A stretch of 20,000 nt of DNA from Neovahlkampfia damariscottae (lineage: Eukaryota), in NCBI GenBank assembly GCA_016618085.1, contig JABLTG010000117.1, positions 44,673 through 64,672 on the forward strand, written 5' to 3'. Numbering within the stretch: position 1 is the stretch's first letter; every line of letters begins with the position of its first letter. A program made the translations under genes and the position numbers. A model generated the notes under the pieces. That model did not search any database. It was given only the letters and a program-made list of their open reading frames with translations, and was not told the DNA's origin. Shown here in pieces: positions 9,945 through 18,660 of this stretch.

Positions 9945-12599
9945 TTATTCTTTGAAAATAAATTTTGATTTTAATTCATCATGGTGTCCAAATAGAACCA
10001 TTGAAGCCCATTTTTCAATTGCACCACGATCTTTTTTCATTTCTAATAAAGTGGCTTCTCTCAATGATTCAATTTTGGATTTTCCTTTTTTTAAATTCTT
10101 ATAAAATGAAACCATCAATGATTTTGCACTTGCATCATCAATTTTCCAGAGACTACAAATCACAGTTGAAGCACCAGATTTTGAAAATGCCAAATTTAAT
10201 CCTAGAATTCCGTCATTTGTAATTTTTCCTTGACCACTTTCACAAGTGTTCAAGACTACCATTTCACATTTGGAAAAATCAATTTCCAAAATTTCATATG
10301 CAAATATTTTCACATTATCTGTTTCTGTGTCTCTTTCACATTCAATAGATCCTCTGAAAGCGTATTCTTCATGATAAATTTCTGGTTTTTTTGATTCACT
10401 ATCAGTGTGCGCGGCTACATGGAATATTGGTGGTGGTTGTTCAGACAGTATTTTAATAATCTTTTCTTTCTTCGCATCTTCTTGATCTAAGACAATTGAA
10501 CTGTCCAATTTTAACATTTTCATGATATCTTGAACTTCTTCAGTTGCATTTGATAAAGGTTTCTCATTATTTTTCGGATTTGAAACAAACAAACATTTTG
10601 ATTTGTTGTTTAAATTGTTAAACGAATCGAAATGAAAATCAATATTTTCAAATGAATCACAGAAAGCATATGTATATTCTTCAATGAAAAACTTCCCTGC
10701 TGGATTGTTTCTAAATGCTGAAAATGGGAGCATTGAAATTGATTGATGAGCGACAATGTAAAATACTTCATCTGCAGGCAAAAAAATTTTGATGGGATCT
10801 ATAAAAGTTTCATAACATTTTTCCAAAAAGATCATTTTTTCTTCAACTTTCTTTTTTTTTTCTTCGTTCCGAGTTTTGTCTCCAAAAAATCTGAGGTTTT
10901 CATCAAATTCCTCATTCAATACATTTTCTACACACCTGGAAAATGAAAACCCTGTAAAAATATTGACATCTTCAATAGAATCTATTTTTTTGAAGTGTTT
11001 GAATTTTCTTCCTTTCATTATCCAAATTCCAATCGATTTATTATCGATAATGTGATAAATAACAGATGTACCATTAAAATATTGTTTTTTACATTCTATT
11101 TTATCATTCACAATTTTTGTTAAAGCTTCTTCATAGTTTTCTTGTTGAATCAAAAAATTCAAGTAAAAATTCAATTCCTCTGACCGAAACTGTTTAAATG
11201 CTACAAAGAATTTTTCTTGTCGATGCTTTTCTTTCATTTCTTGATAGATTTTAAAGAATTCTTCAAATGATTCTCTTGCTTCTGATTTTTGATTTTGTTT
11301 TGTGTAAATCAGTGCAATTTCACAATGAGTAGTCATTACATCCATTCTTTCTCCAATTTCATTATTAATATCGAGGGAAGTTTTAAAACAATCAAGAGAT
11401 TTATCATATCGTCCTAAAACATCAAATAATTTCCCCATATATTTCAATGTCACAGCTTTACCAAGTTTATTATTTTCGTCTTGAAGTTCCATGGCAAAAA
11501 TATAATTATCCGTTGAATCTTCATAACATTCGAGGTGTAGATAACAAACCCCAAGGTCATTGAATACTTCAGCTTTTTCTGAAGTGGTTAGTTCCATTTT
11601 AAGCAACTCTTTAAAACATGAAACAGCTTCTTGATACCTTTTGCGTGAAGCTCTATTTTTTCCCAAATTTTGTAATGTAGTTATCATATTTTTGTTATCT
11701 GGTATAGATCTTTGAATCTCCAAAGCTTCCTGATATATCTGTTCTGATTTTGTATATTCTCCAAATGAATCGTAATGAGAACCAAGGTTGTTCAAAATGA
11801 TAGCTGTATTATATCTATCCCCAGTATCTCTTTTGTACTTCAATACAGCTTCATATATATCTATTGTTTTTTTATAATCTCCAAGTGACGCATAAATTGA
11901 TCCAAGGTTAGCTAATGTTTCAAATTTGCTACATTCGTCTATCTCTTTAATTTTTAAAGCTTTTTCATAATAATTTAAGGCTTTGGTATATTTTCCAAGT
12001 GCTTTAAAACAATTTCCTAAATTTGACAATGAATGTGATTCACACTGTGGATCTTTGTTAATTTGAAGTTCTAGAGCTTTTTTATGATATTGGATTGCTT
12101 TTTCATAATCTTCCTTCAATTCATAGCATACTCCTAGGTCATTCAAAGATAAAGATTCATTGTCATATTTATCTTTTTGAATGTTCAAAGCATTTGTATG
12201 ATATTTAATTGCTGTGTCATAATTTCCAAGATTAAAATGACAAAGGCCAATAGATCCAAAAACTGTTGCTATATCCACTTCATAGCATTCGTTATTTCCC
12301 CAAATATTTAAACATTCTTCAAAGCAAACAATTGCTTCCTGAAAGTTTGAAGTCTGAATTAAACATAAACCAAGATGTTGCTTCATTTCAGCGTAAATAT
12401 CATTCATCAATGGCAAATACTTTTTTGTGTCTGAAGAAATTTTCTGAAGCAAAATTCTTGCATGTTCATGCTTATTTTTATTCATCAACTCAAGTGCTTG
12501 GTCACAAAATTTTACAATTATATTATATTTCTGAACCATTTCAGGGTCATCAATAACAATTGTTTTTGGTTTTGTTGTCAAGTCTTTTTGAGTCTGCAT
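9945..12599 (-). CDS. TPR-repeat + CHAT (caspase-like cysteine protease) protein, 884 aa, no introns needed
   Basis: About 10 TPRs (e.g. SLSNLGNCFKALGKYTKALNYYEKALKI). CHAT motifs: MLPFSAF, VSNP...LSNATEE, FHVAAH731, VVLNTC786ESGQG, GLNLAFSKSGASTVICSLWKIDD, FYKNL, WASMVLFG. Confidence 0.95.
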   Translation of the reverse strand: MQTQKDLTTKPKTIVIDDPEMVQKYNIIVKFCDQALELMNKNKHEHARILLQKISSDTKKYLPLMNDIYAEMKQHLGLCLIQTSNFQEAIVCFEECLNIWGNNECYEVDIATVFGSIGLCHFNLGNYDTAIKYHTNALNIQKDKYDNESLSLNDLGVCYELKEDYEKAIQYHKKALELQINKDPQCESHSLSNLGNCFKALGKYTKALNYYEKALKIKEIDECSKFETLANLGSIYASLGDYKKTIDIYEAVLKYKRDTGDRYNTAIILNNLGSHYDSFGEYTKSEQIYQEALEIQRSIPDNKNMITTLQNLGKNRASRKRYQEAVSCFKELLKMELTTSEKAEVFNDLGVCYLHLECYEDSTDNYIFAMELQDENNKLGKAVTLKYMGKLFDVLGRYDKSLDCFKTSLDINNEIGERMDVMTTHCEIALIYTKQNQKSEARESFEEFFKIYQEMKEKHRQEKFFVAFKQFRSEELNFYLNFLIQQENYEEALTKIVNDKIECKKQYFNGTSVIYHIIDNKSIGIWIMKGRKFKHFKKIDSIEDVNIFTGFSFSRCVENVLNEEFDENLRFFGDKTRNEEKKKKVEEKMIFLEKCYETFIDPIKIFLPADEVFYIVAHQSISMLPFSAFRNNPAGKFFIEEYTYAFCDSFENIDFHFDSFNNLNNKSKCLFVSNPKNNEKPLSNATEEVQDIMKMLKLDSSIVLDQEDAKKEKIIKILSEQPPPIFHVAAHTDSESKKPEIYHEEYAFRGSIECERDTETDNVKIFAYEILEIDFSKCEMVVLNTCESGQGKITNDGILGLNLAFSKSGASTVICSLWKIDDASAKSLMVSFYKNLKKGKSKIESLREATLLEMKKDRGAIEKWASMVLFGHHDELKSKFIFKE

Positions 12600-12614
12600 C
12601 TTTTTTTGATAAGT

Positions 12615-12627
12615 AAATATGATTGGT
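12615..12627 (+). repeat. Left target-site duplication AAATATGATTGGT
   Basis: An identical 13-mer lies at 16767-16779, at the end of the poly-A tail. Confidence 0.9.
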
Positions 12628-12667
12628 CGGATGGTGTTAGTTTTGGTTCGAAGGGGATAAAGTGAGT

Positions 12668-13334
12668 ATGAGTCTAAAAAGGAATAGAAATGAGTTTGAA
12701 ACTCATTTCCTTCCTAAATTCAAGCAAAGGAAACTTGAATGGATAACTACTGTCAATAGCCGACGAATTTTTTTGAAAAAATTTGAATTAAAAAACGAAA
12801 ATTTTAAAATATCAAAATCTAGCTTCAGAAAATTCTTGGAAAAATGTAATTCAAACAATTATACAAAATCAAAAGAATAAAAGATTATCAAAGAACATTG
12901 CACCTGAAAAAAACGAAAACGAAAATTTAAAAAACGTCAAAAAATTTAGTGGCAAGAGACACATAAAATTGGTAGATGATCCAACTTCATTAAAATATAA
13001 TGACTTAATATTTGATTTTAATTTTGAAAAACAGATTTTTAAAAAATCCAAGAAAAATGAAGAAAGAAAAGAAGAAAAAGAAGAAGAAATTAAAACAGCT
13101 TGTATTAAAGAAGGAATAAAATGTCAAGAAGAAAGAATTGAAACTCTTTTTAAAATGACACAAAATTTAAAAAAAGAAATTAAAAAAACACAACATCCCA
13201 AAAGAAAACAAATGTTCGAAGAGTGGTATCAGTTGAACATGAAGGTTTTAAATACAGCAAAATAACATCATGCTGCAATATTAGAAGAAATGAAAGAAAA
13301 ATCCCTCTCAGAATTTCTCACAATAATTAGTTAG
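12668..13334 (+). pseudogene. Retroelement ORF1 (basic, coiled-coil), disrupted
   Basis: MSLKRNRNEF... then a frameshift in the A-run near 12840 into the 12969..13265 frame. Premature TAA at 13263, frame continues to TAG at 13332-13334, 2 nt before the ORF2 ATG. Confidence 0.65.
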
Positions 13335-13336
13335 TT

Positions 13337-14125
13337 ATGTCTTCTAAATTGAAAAAGTATTCTGGAAATGTGAATGGAGGTTTACCTGATAAATTTATTG
13401 GGACTGAATTGTTTGCAAATTATGATATTATTTGCCTCCAAGAAACACATATTCCACAAAAATCAATTAAAGAACGAAATCTGAGGAGATTTTTCAAACA
13501 ACATTTTCACACTTTTATGTCAAATGCAGATGGAGCTTATGAAGGAGTAATGACATTAGTGAGAAAAGAATTAGGAATACCACAACAAATTAAACCAGAA
13601 ATAATTGATAACGGGAGAATTTTATGAGTTAAAATAGATTTCGAAGGGGATGACGAAGAATCATCAACCGTTATCAATTATTATGTACCAACAGGAAAGA
13701 AAGTAAATGGAAGAAATGGAAACAATGAAAATTACTTACATAATTTATATTTTAGATTAAAACAAATTTATAGAAGAAGAAGAGATACAAAATTCATTTT
13801 TGTAGGAGATTGGAATACAATTGGAAAACAAGATAATGACAGAACATGGCAAAATGAACCGACTTTTTCAAAAAAAAAGATTAGAAAGAGTAGATTTTGA
13901 AAATGAAATAGATTTATTATCCTTTTGAAATTTTCAAACAAGAAGATGATTTAATTTTTTCATACGTTGGGGAGAAAGAAATAGATGGAATTTTAAAAAG
14001 TTATAAAGGAAGAATTGACTATATGATGACAGATTTTGATACACTTCCTTTAATTTTTGATTATAAAATTATTCATCCACTAGTAACATCAGATCATAAT
14101 GCAATTCACATTCAACTTTGGAGAG
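13337..14125 (+). pseudogene. Retroelement ORF2 apurinic-type endonuclease (L1-EN-like) domain
   Basis: SGNVNG, DIICLQETH, GVMTLVRK, GRIL*VKI, VINYYVP, FVGDWN, FSY, GRIDY, SDHNAI. Stop at 13625 and frameshifts near 13875-13920. Confidence 0.93.
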
Positions 14126-14369
14126 AATTCAAAAAAATTGAAGAAAAAACTAAAATTGAATTTAATTTTGAACCAATAGAGAAATTTCAATTATGGAATG
14201 ATTTATCCAAAGATTTAAAATTTGATCAAACAAATATTAATATTGAACAAGAAATGAGAGATTTTAAATTAAAAATGATGAATAAAATGGTGAAATCTTT
14301 GGATATAAAGAGATAAATTGTAAAAAGAGAAAATTAAAAACAACAAAACGACAAAAAATTAAGGATACT

Positions 14370-15254
14370 TTGACTAATGGAGATTCCTGAGGAAATGTCA
14401 CAAATATTATTCATCAAGAAATTAACATTGAACATGTCAAATGTTTACGTTCAGTAAAACAAGGTGATCCACTTGCACCTTAGTTATTCTCTGTTTTTAT
14501 TGCATATAGCTTATCACAAATCAAATTTATCATTAAAAAAGCTGAAATCAAAAATTTCTTTTCATTTGAATATGATAGTCAAAAAATAATTGATATTGTT
14601 GTTAAATTTTTTAAAGATCATTATATGGAAATTAGTATTAAGAAAACGAAAATTATTACAAATTCATATGTCCCTAAAGATCCCCTAAAACTAGATGATG
14701 AAGAAATTAAAATAAAAAATGCAAGTGAAATTTTTAGATTAGTTGGATACTTTATGAATTTAAATTTGAAATTTGATAATAAAAAAAGAATGAATCAAGC
14801 AATTTTAAGTTTACAAAATTTAAACGAATTTAATGGTTTTAATGCTAGAAATTTAAAATTAGCTATTAATGCATTAATGCAATCAAGATTATATGGAATA
14901 CCTTTTATTAAATTTTCAAATAAAGAAGGTAAAAAACTTGACAAAATGATAATAAAATTGATCCAAAAAAATCTGAAAATCACAAATTTCTATCGTTTAA
15001 ATCATTTTCAAGAATTGTTAAGAGATTTTAGAGAACCAACAATTATTATTCATAAAAGATTGACAGCAAATCGAATTTTAAATTACATGAATTCAAATTC
15101 ATCATTTGGAAAATTATTTGAATTAAAAGACAAATCAATTCAATATATTATTAAATATTTAGAACCAAAATTTAGAATTAAAGAAAAAAATGAAATAAAT
15201 ACAAGACAAAGAAACATTTTTTTGAAAGAAAATGTTGATTATCACAAAAAATAA
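14370..15254 (+). pseudogene. Truncated reverse transcriptase C-terminal half and thumb
   Basis: RSVKQGDPLAP*LF (14448-14490), MEISIKKTKII, FRLVGYFMN. No YxDD motif and no RT N-terminal motifs are seen. Confidence 0.85.
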
Positions 15255-15404
15255 GAAATTTAAAGTATTATTCAAATCGATGGGATATCTGACAAGAAAT
15301 TAAAGACCATTCGAAATCAATATAAAAATTTTGATACAACTTATGATTTAAAGAAGAAGTTTAAGAAAAAGAAAAAATTTTTAAAAAAATCAACAAATGA
15401 TGAA

Positions 15405-15880
15405 GTGATTTATGTTGCAACTGATGGGTCAAAGAAAAATGATTTAAATCAAGGAACTTTTTCAATTATTTTTGTTACAGCAAGAAGAGAATCACTAAAT
15501 GAAATAAAATTAAAAATTGAAAATGAAGAATGTTTCATCTGGAAAGCAAAATTGAAAAGGGAGAATATTTTTGAATTAGAAGGAACAGCATTATATTATG
15601 CTGCAAAACTCCTTCCATATTTGCTTGAACATGATCAATATCCTGATGATTATGAAATTTTTACTGATTCACAATCCAATATTCAAATAAATACTGGAAG
15701 TTGTCTTAAAAATAATGATCAAACATTACAAAACTTTTATATTATGAATTTAAAAAGAATAATTTTAAAAATATTGAACATGTTGTGTCACATCAAGACT
15801 TGGATCAAAATTTTTCACAAAGGGAAAAAATGAAAAGATCATTCTAAACCAATTTGCAGATGATTTAGCAGAACAAGTAT
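15405..15880 (+). pseudogene. Ribonuclease H domain of the retroelement
   Basis: VATDGS, FELEGTA, IFTDSQS, then after frameshifts EHVVSHQD and NQFADDLA. This is the full D-E-D-H-D catalytic set of type-1 RNase H. Confidence 0.88.
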
Positions 15881-16729
15881 ATGAAAATCAAAAAATTTTT
15901 GAAATAGAAGAATTTCCTTTCTATGTGACTGAAATTAATGATGAAAACGACAAATCATTTAAATCATTTAAATTTAGAACAAATTAAAACTATGCTTTAT
16001 GAAATGAAACAATCTTATTTTAACAATGATAAAGGAATGAAAAAGTTATTTATGAGTTATACAAAGAAATTTGGAATTTATATCAAAAAATTACTTATAC
16101 TGATCAAAGAAATAACTCAGAAAATCAATCAAAATCAAATGTCAGAAAAAAATGACAGAATTGATTCAATTTTTGAAGAAGAAGAAGAGGAAGAAGAAAT
16201 TGAAATAAATTCATAACATCAATCCAGAAACTACAAGTAAAATTCAATACATGAAAGAAATTGAAAATGGCAACTTTGAAAATCTTAAAATCTTGTCAAT
16301 TGAAAGTTATCCATTTAAAGATTTGTATCATTTAAATATAAAAGGAACAAACCTTGAAAAGTTAAAATTAGAAGAAGAAAAAGAGGAACTATTTGTAGAC
16401 TTAAAAAAGATTCAAACACCAGCTCAACTTCAACTGATAATTCAAAATTTGAAAAAGAAGTAAAAGATCTAAAAATTCAAGTACTTGAAAACTCAAAACA
16501 AATTCAACAAAATAACACAACTTGTAAAACTAATAGTAATTCAATCAACAGATTAGCTGCTTCATTATCTAATCTTAAAAAATTAGTTGATGACCAAATT
16601 GAACTTTCAAAAAACATGCAATTGGTAATTGCACAATTTAACACACCAATTGGAGAATAATATACTGCTTCAGTCAAATCTCTCAGTCGGATCAAGAGTC
16701 TCAGTAGAGAATTGACCAAACTTTTGTAT

Positions 16730-16769
16730 AATAAAATTTTTTAGTTTTAAAAAAAAAAAAAAAAAAAAA
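16730..16769 (+). other. Polyadenylation signal and poly-A tail of the retroelement
   Basis: AATAAA followed 13 nt later by 21 A. Confidence 0.88.
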
Positions 16770-16779
16770 TATGATTGGT
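16767..16779 (+). repeat. Right target-site duplication AAATATGATTGGT
   Basis: Identical to 12615-12627. The first 3 A cannot be distinguished from the tail. Confidence 0.9.
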
Positions 16780-16812
16780 GAAAAAATTGGAATTTTTGTT
16801 ATTTTTATTTTT

Positions 16813-17844
16813 TTACTTTACAAGTATACCTTTTGGTTTCTCTAAATCTTTAATTTTTTGTTCAATTTTTTCAATGACATATTCATGATTTATTTGAATA
16901 TCTTCATCTTCTTCTTTTGAGACCCGACGAAATTCTCTTTTTCCATTGGAAAAATACATTCTATAGTAAATCATTGGTTCGGTTTGTAAGTTAGCAACAA
17001 TTTTCCGATGTTTAAGAATCTCTTCCAATTTTGGTAAAGCTTTAGAGTCCAAATTACTTAGATTCTTTTGGTATTTCCAAAATTCAGTATACCAATTATT
17101 TTCATTTAATCCAAGTTCATTTTCCTTTTGTTTGTATAGGTTGTAATGGTACATATATTCCTCCCTCTTTGATTTGTTTGGTTCAATAAAATGTTTGTTT
17201 AAATTAAACGATAACTTATCTTTTGGTGCTCTATTAACCTTTTTTTCTGCAACTTCATGGCAAATAATTTCAAAGTCTCCAAGGAAATTATTTTTTCTTC
17301 CATCAACAAAATAAAATTTTAAAAAATTTACACTCTGGATATCAATGTTTGGTGCATCAAAAAAGATATCAGAAACTTGGTCAGGTTCAATTTCTGGAAC
17401 TTTGCACATTTCTTTGTTGTCATAAAATATACCACCATTCCATTTAGCACTTCCATTGTTCATTACTAACATTTTAACTTTATTCTCGTTTAAATCTAAA
17501 ATTGAGTTTATATAGTGAACTGAAGGTATTTTTGAATCTTGTAAAGGTGTGAAACAACAAGTATAGACTTTTTTTGTTTTTTCAAATTGAACTACAAATG
17601 AAAAATTTTGTTCTTCTTTTACGTTTTCCAAAATAAACTCGAGAACAACCATAGAAGAAACTTCTGAATAAATCCAGTCAACATGTTGAAGTAAAATTGA
17701 TTTTGTCTCGTCAAACTGGACTTTTCCAAATATATTTTTATCTTCAAACACAATTCTCTTGATGAATTTATGTAGAGTTATTGTTTCTGTTTTTACAAAT
17801 GGAAGCAAGGAGGTTTTTGGTGGAGAGATTTCAATGAATGACAT
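16813..17844 (-). CDS. Hypothetical protein, 343 aa, possible Nbr1 FW (N_BRCA1_IG) Ig-like domain
   Basis: Uninterrupted ORF with upstream CCAAT boxes. The segment KMLVMNNGSAKW...VPEIEPDQVSDIFFDAP...FYFVDGRKNNFLG resembles W-x-x-x-N-x-G-x3-W...VP-x-V-x-PG...AP...FG. Confidence 0.7.
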   Translation of the reverse strand: MSFIEISPPKTSLLPFVKTETITLHKFIKRIVFEDKNIFGKVQFDETKSILLQHVDWIYSEVSSMVVLEFILENVKEEQNFSFVVQFEKTKKVYTCCFTPLQDSKIPSVHYINSILDLNENKVKMLVMNNGSAKWNGGIFYDNKEMCKVPEIEPDQVSDIFFDAPNIDIQSVNFLKFYFVDGRKNNFLGDFEIICHEVAEKKVNRAPKDKLSFNLNKHFIEPNKSKREEYMYHYNLYKQKENELGLNENNWYTEFWKYQKNLSNLDSKALPKLEEILKHRKIVANLQTEPMIYYRMYFSNGKREFRRVSKEEDEDIQINHEYVIEKIEQKIKDLEKPKGILVK

Positions 17845-17861
17845 AGCTGAAGTTGAATGTT

Positions 17862-17872
17862 ATTGGTCCAAT
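17862..17872. promoter_or_regulatory. Quasi-palindromic double CCAAT box (ATTGGTCCAAT)
   Basis: 18-28 bp upstream of the ATG at 17844. Confidence 0.5.
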
Positions 17873-18149
17873 CATCAGTTATAAAAGCAAGTTAATCATT
17901 TCTAATCAATCACCCCTGCTTTTTATGTTAGAAGACCTGGACAAAGTTTGTTGAATTCAAGCTCACATGAAGAAATCCACACAAACTTGAGCTGACAAAG
18001 TCACCATGTTTGACCTGAGAAGCAAGGTCTTTGAAAATTAGACGTTGGAATGGTGGCCAATTTTTCTCGGACAAATTTATTTGCAAATAAAAGAATTAAA
18101 ATTTATATAAATACACATATTTTTCTGCTTTCAAATTCGAAATCTAATG

Positions 18150-18430
18150 AACAGTTTTGAAGAAATGATCAAAATTTGTTAATACATAATTTTAAAGCTA
18201 AAGATTCTAAATCTGGAACTGAATATCCTTTTTTCTGTAGTTTTTTTTGAGCAAATTGCAATAATTTCAAATCTCTTTTCTTTAAATTCTTTCGAATCAT
18301 CAACACATTGTAACAAAATTCCTCTCAAGCCTTTAATACTTGCATCAGTGAATACATATTTTATTTTTGTATTACCCATTCTACAATAAGCTTTTGACAT
18401 ATCTATGTTATATTGTCAATTGCATGTTGG
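18150..18430 (-). mobile_element. Ty3/gypsy-type LTR retrotransposon pol remnant (RT motif fused to RNase H)
   Basis: YVFTDASIKGLRGILLQ...IIAICSKKT, then after a frameshift GYSVPDLESLALKLCINKF*SFL (cf. TDAS..G.G.VL.Q...IAY.SK...NYS..ELE.LA). Upstream NIDMSKAYCRM resembles the RT motif LDLxxAYxQI. Confidence 0.75.
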
Positions 18431-18535
18431 TATGTATGGTTGAGGTATATGAATGGTATTCATTAAGACTCGTGGGCAATTCGTCGCGTTATGATAATAA
18501 ACTTTAGTTTTGAACTTGAAGTATGGTGTTTCAGA

Positions 18536-18660
18536 CAAACAAGTAGTGTTTTTAACAATAACACCATCAATTAGACAACAAGTGGTGTTATTCACAATAA
18601 GTATATAATTAGACAATAAGTGATGGTTTTAAGCAATAAGTGGTGATACTTACAATAAGT
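18536..18660. repeat. Array of 7 ACAATAAGT-like motifs with 19-20 bp period
   Basis: Motif starts at 18536, 18555, 18575, 18594, 18613, 18633 and 18652. Confidence 0.8.

Larger units (their letters stand above)
12628..16769 (+). mobile_element. Degenerate APE-type non-LTR retrotransposon (LINE) with RNase H, ~4.1 kb, internally deleted
   Basis: Bounded by TSDs and ending in AATAAA (16730-16735) + A21 (16749-16769). Contains ORF1, APE, partial RT and RNase H motifs with many stops and frameshifts. Confidence 0.93.

Noticed and set aside
9945..12599. Type III-E CRISPR (Craspase) locus implied by TPR-CHAT
   Set aside because: No Cas7-11, Csx30/31 or CRISPR array is present, and the neighbouring genes have spliceosomal introns.
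9907..12665. Small plus-strand ORFs within or over the TPR-CHAT gene
   Set aside because: Antisense shadows of an 884-aa gene with clear domain motifs.
16669..16710. TCTCAGT/TCAGTC short direct repeats in the LINE 3' UTR as an RT-recognition stem-loop
   Set aside because: Only 6-7 bp matches and no convincing stem. It cannot be supported without other copies.
13625..18418. TGA at probable Trp/Arg positions (GRIL*VKI, GDS*G, KF*SF, CN*QY), suggesting a UGA=Trp code
   Set aside because: These occur only in decayed elements that also have TAA/TAG stops and frameshifts. Intact host genes use TGG for Trp and show no in-frame TGA.
18416..18616. 66-aa minus-strand ORF
   Set aside because: It starts at TTG inside the repeat array and has no recognisable domain. 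Only its last codons may belong to the gypsy relic.
18536..18660. CRISPR-like repeat-spacer appearance
   Set aside because: The repeat (9 bp) and spacers (10-11 bp) are far too short, the spacers are related to each other, there are no cas genes and the context is eukaryotic.
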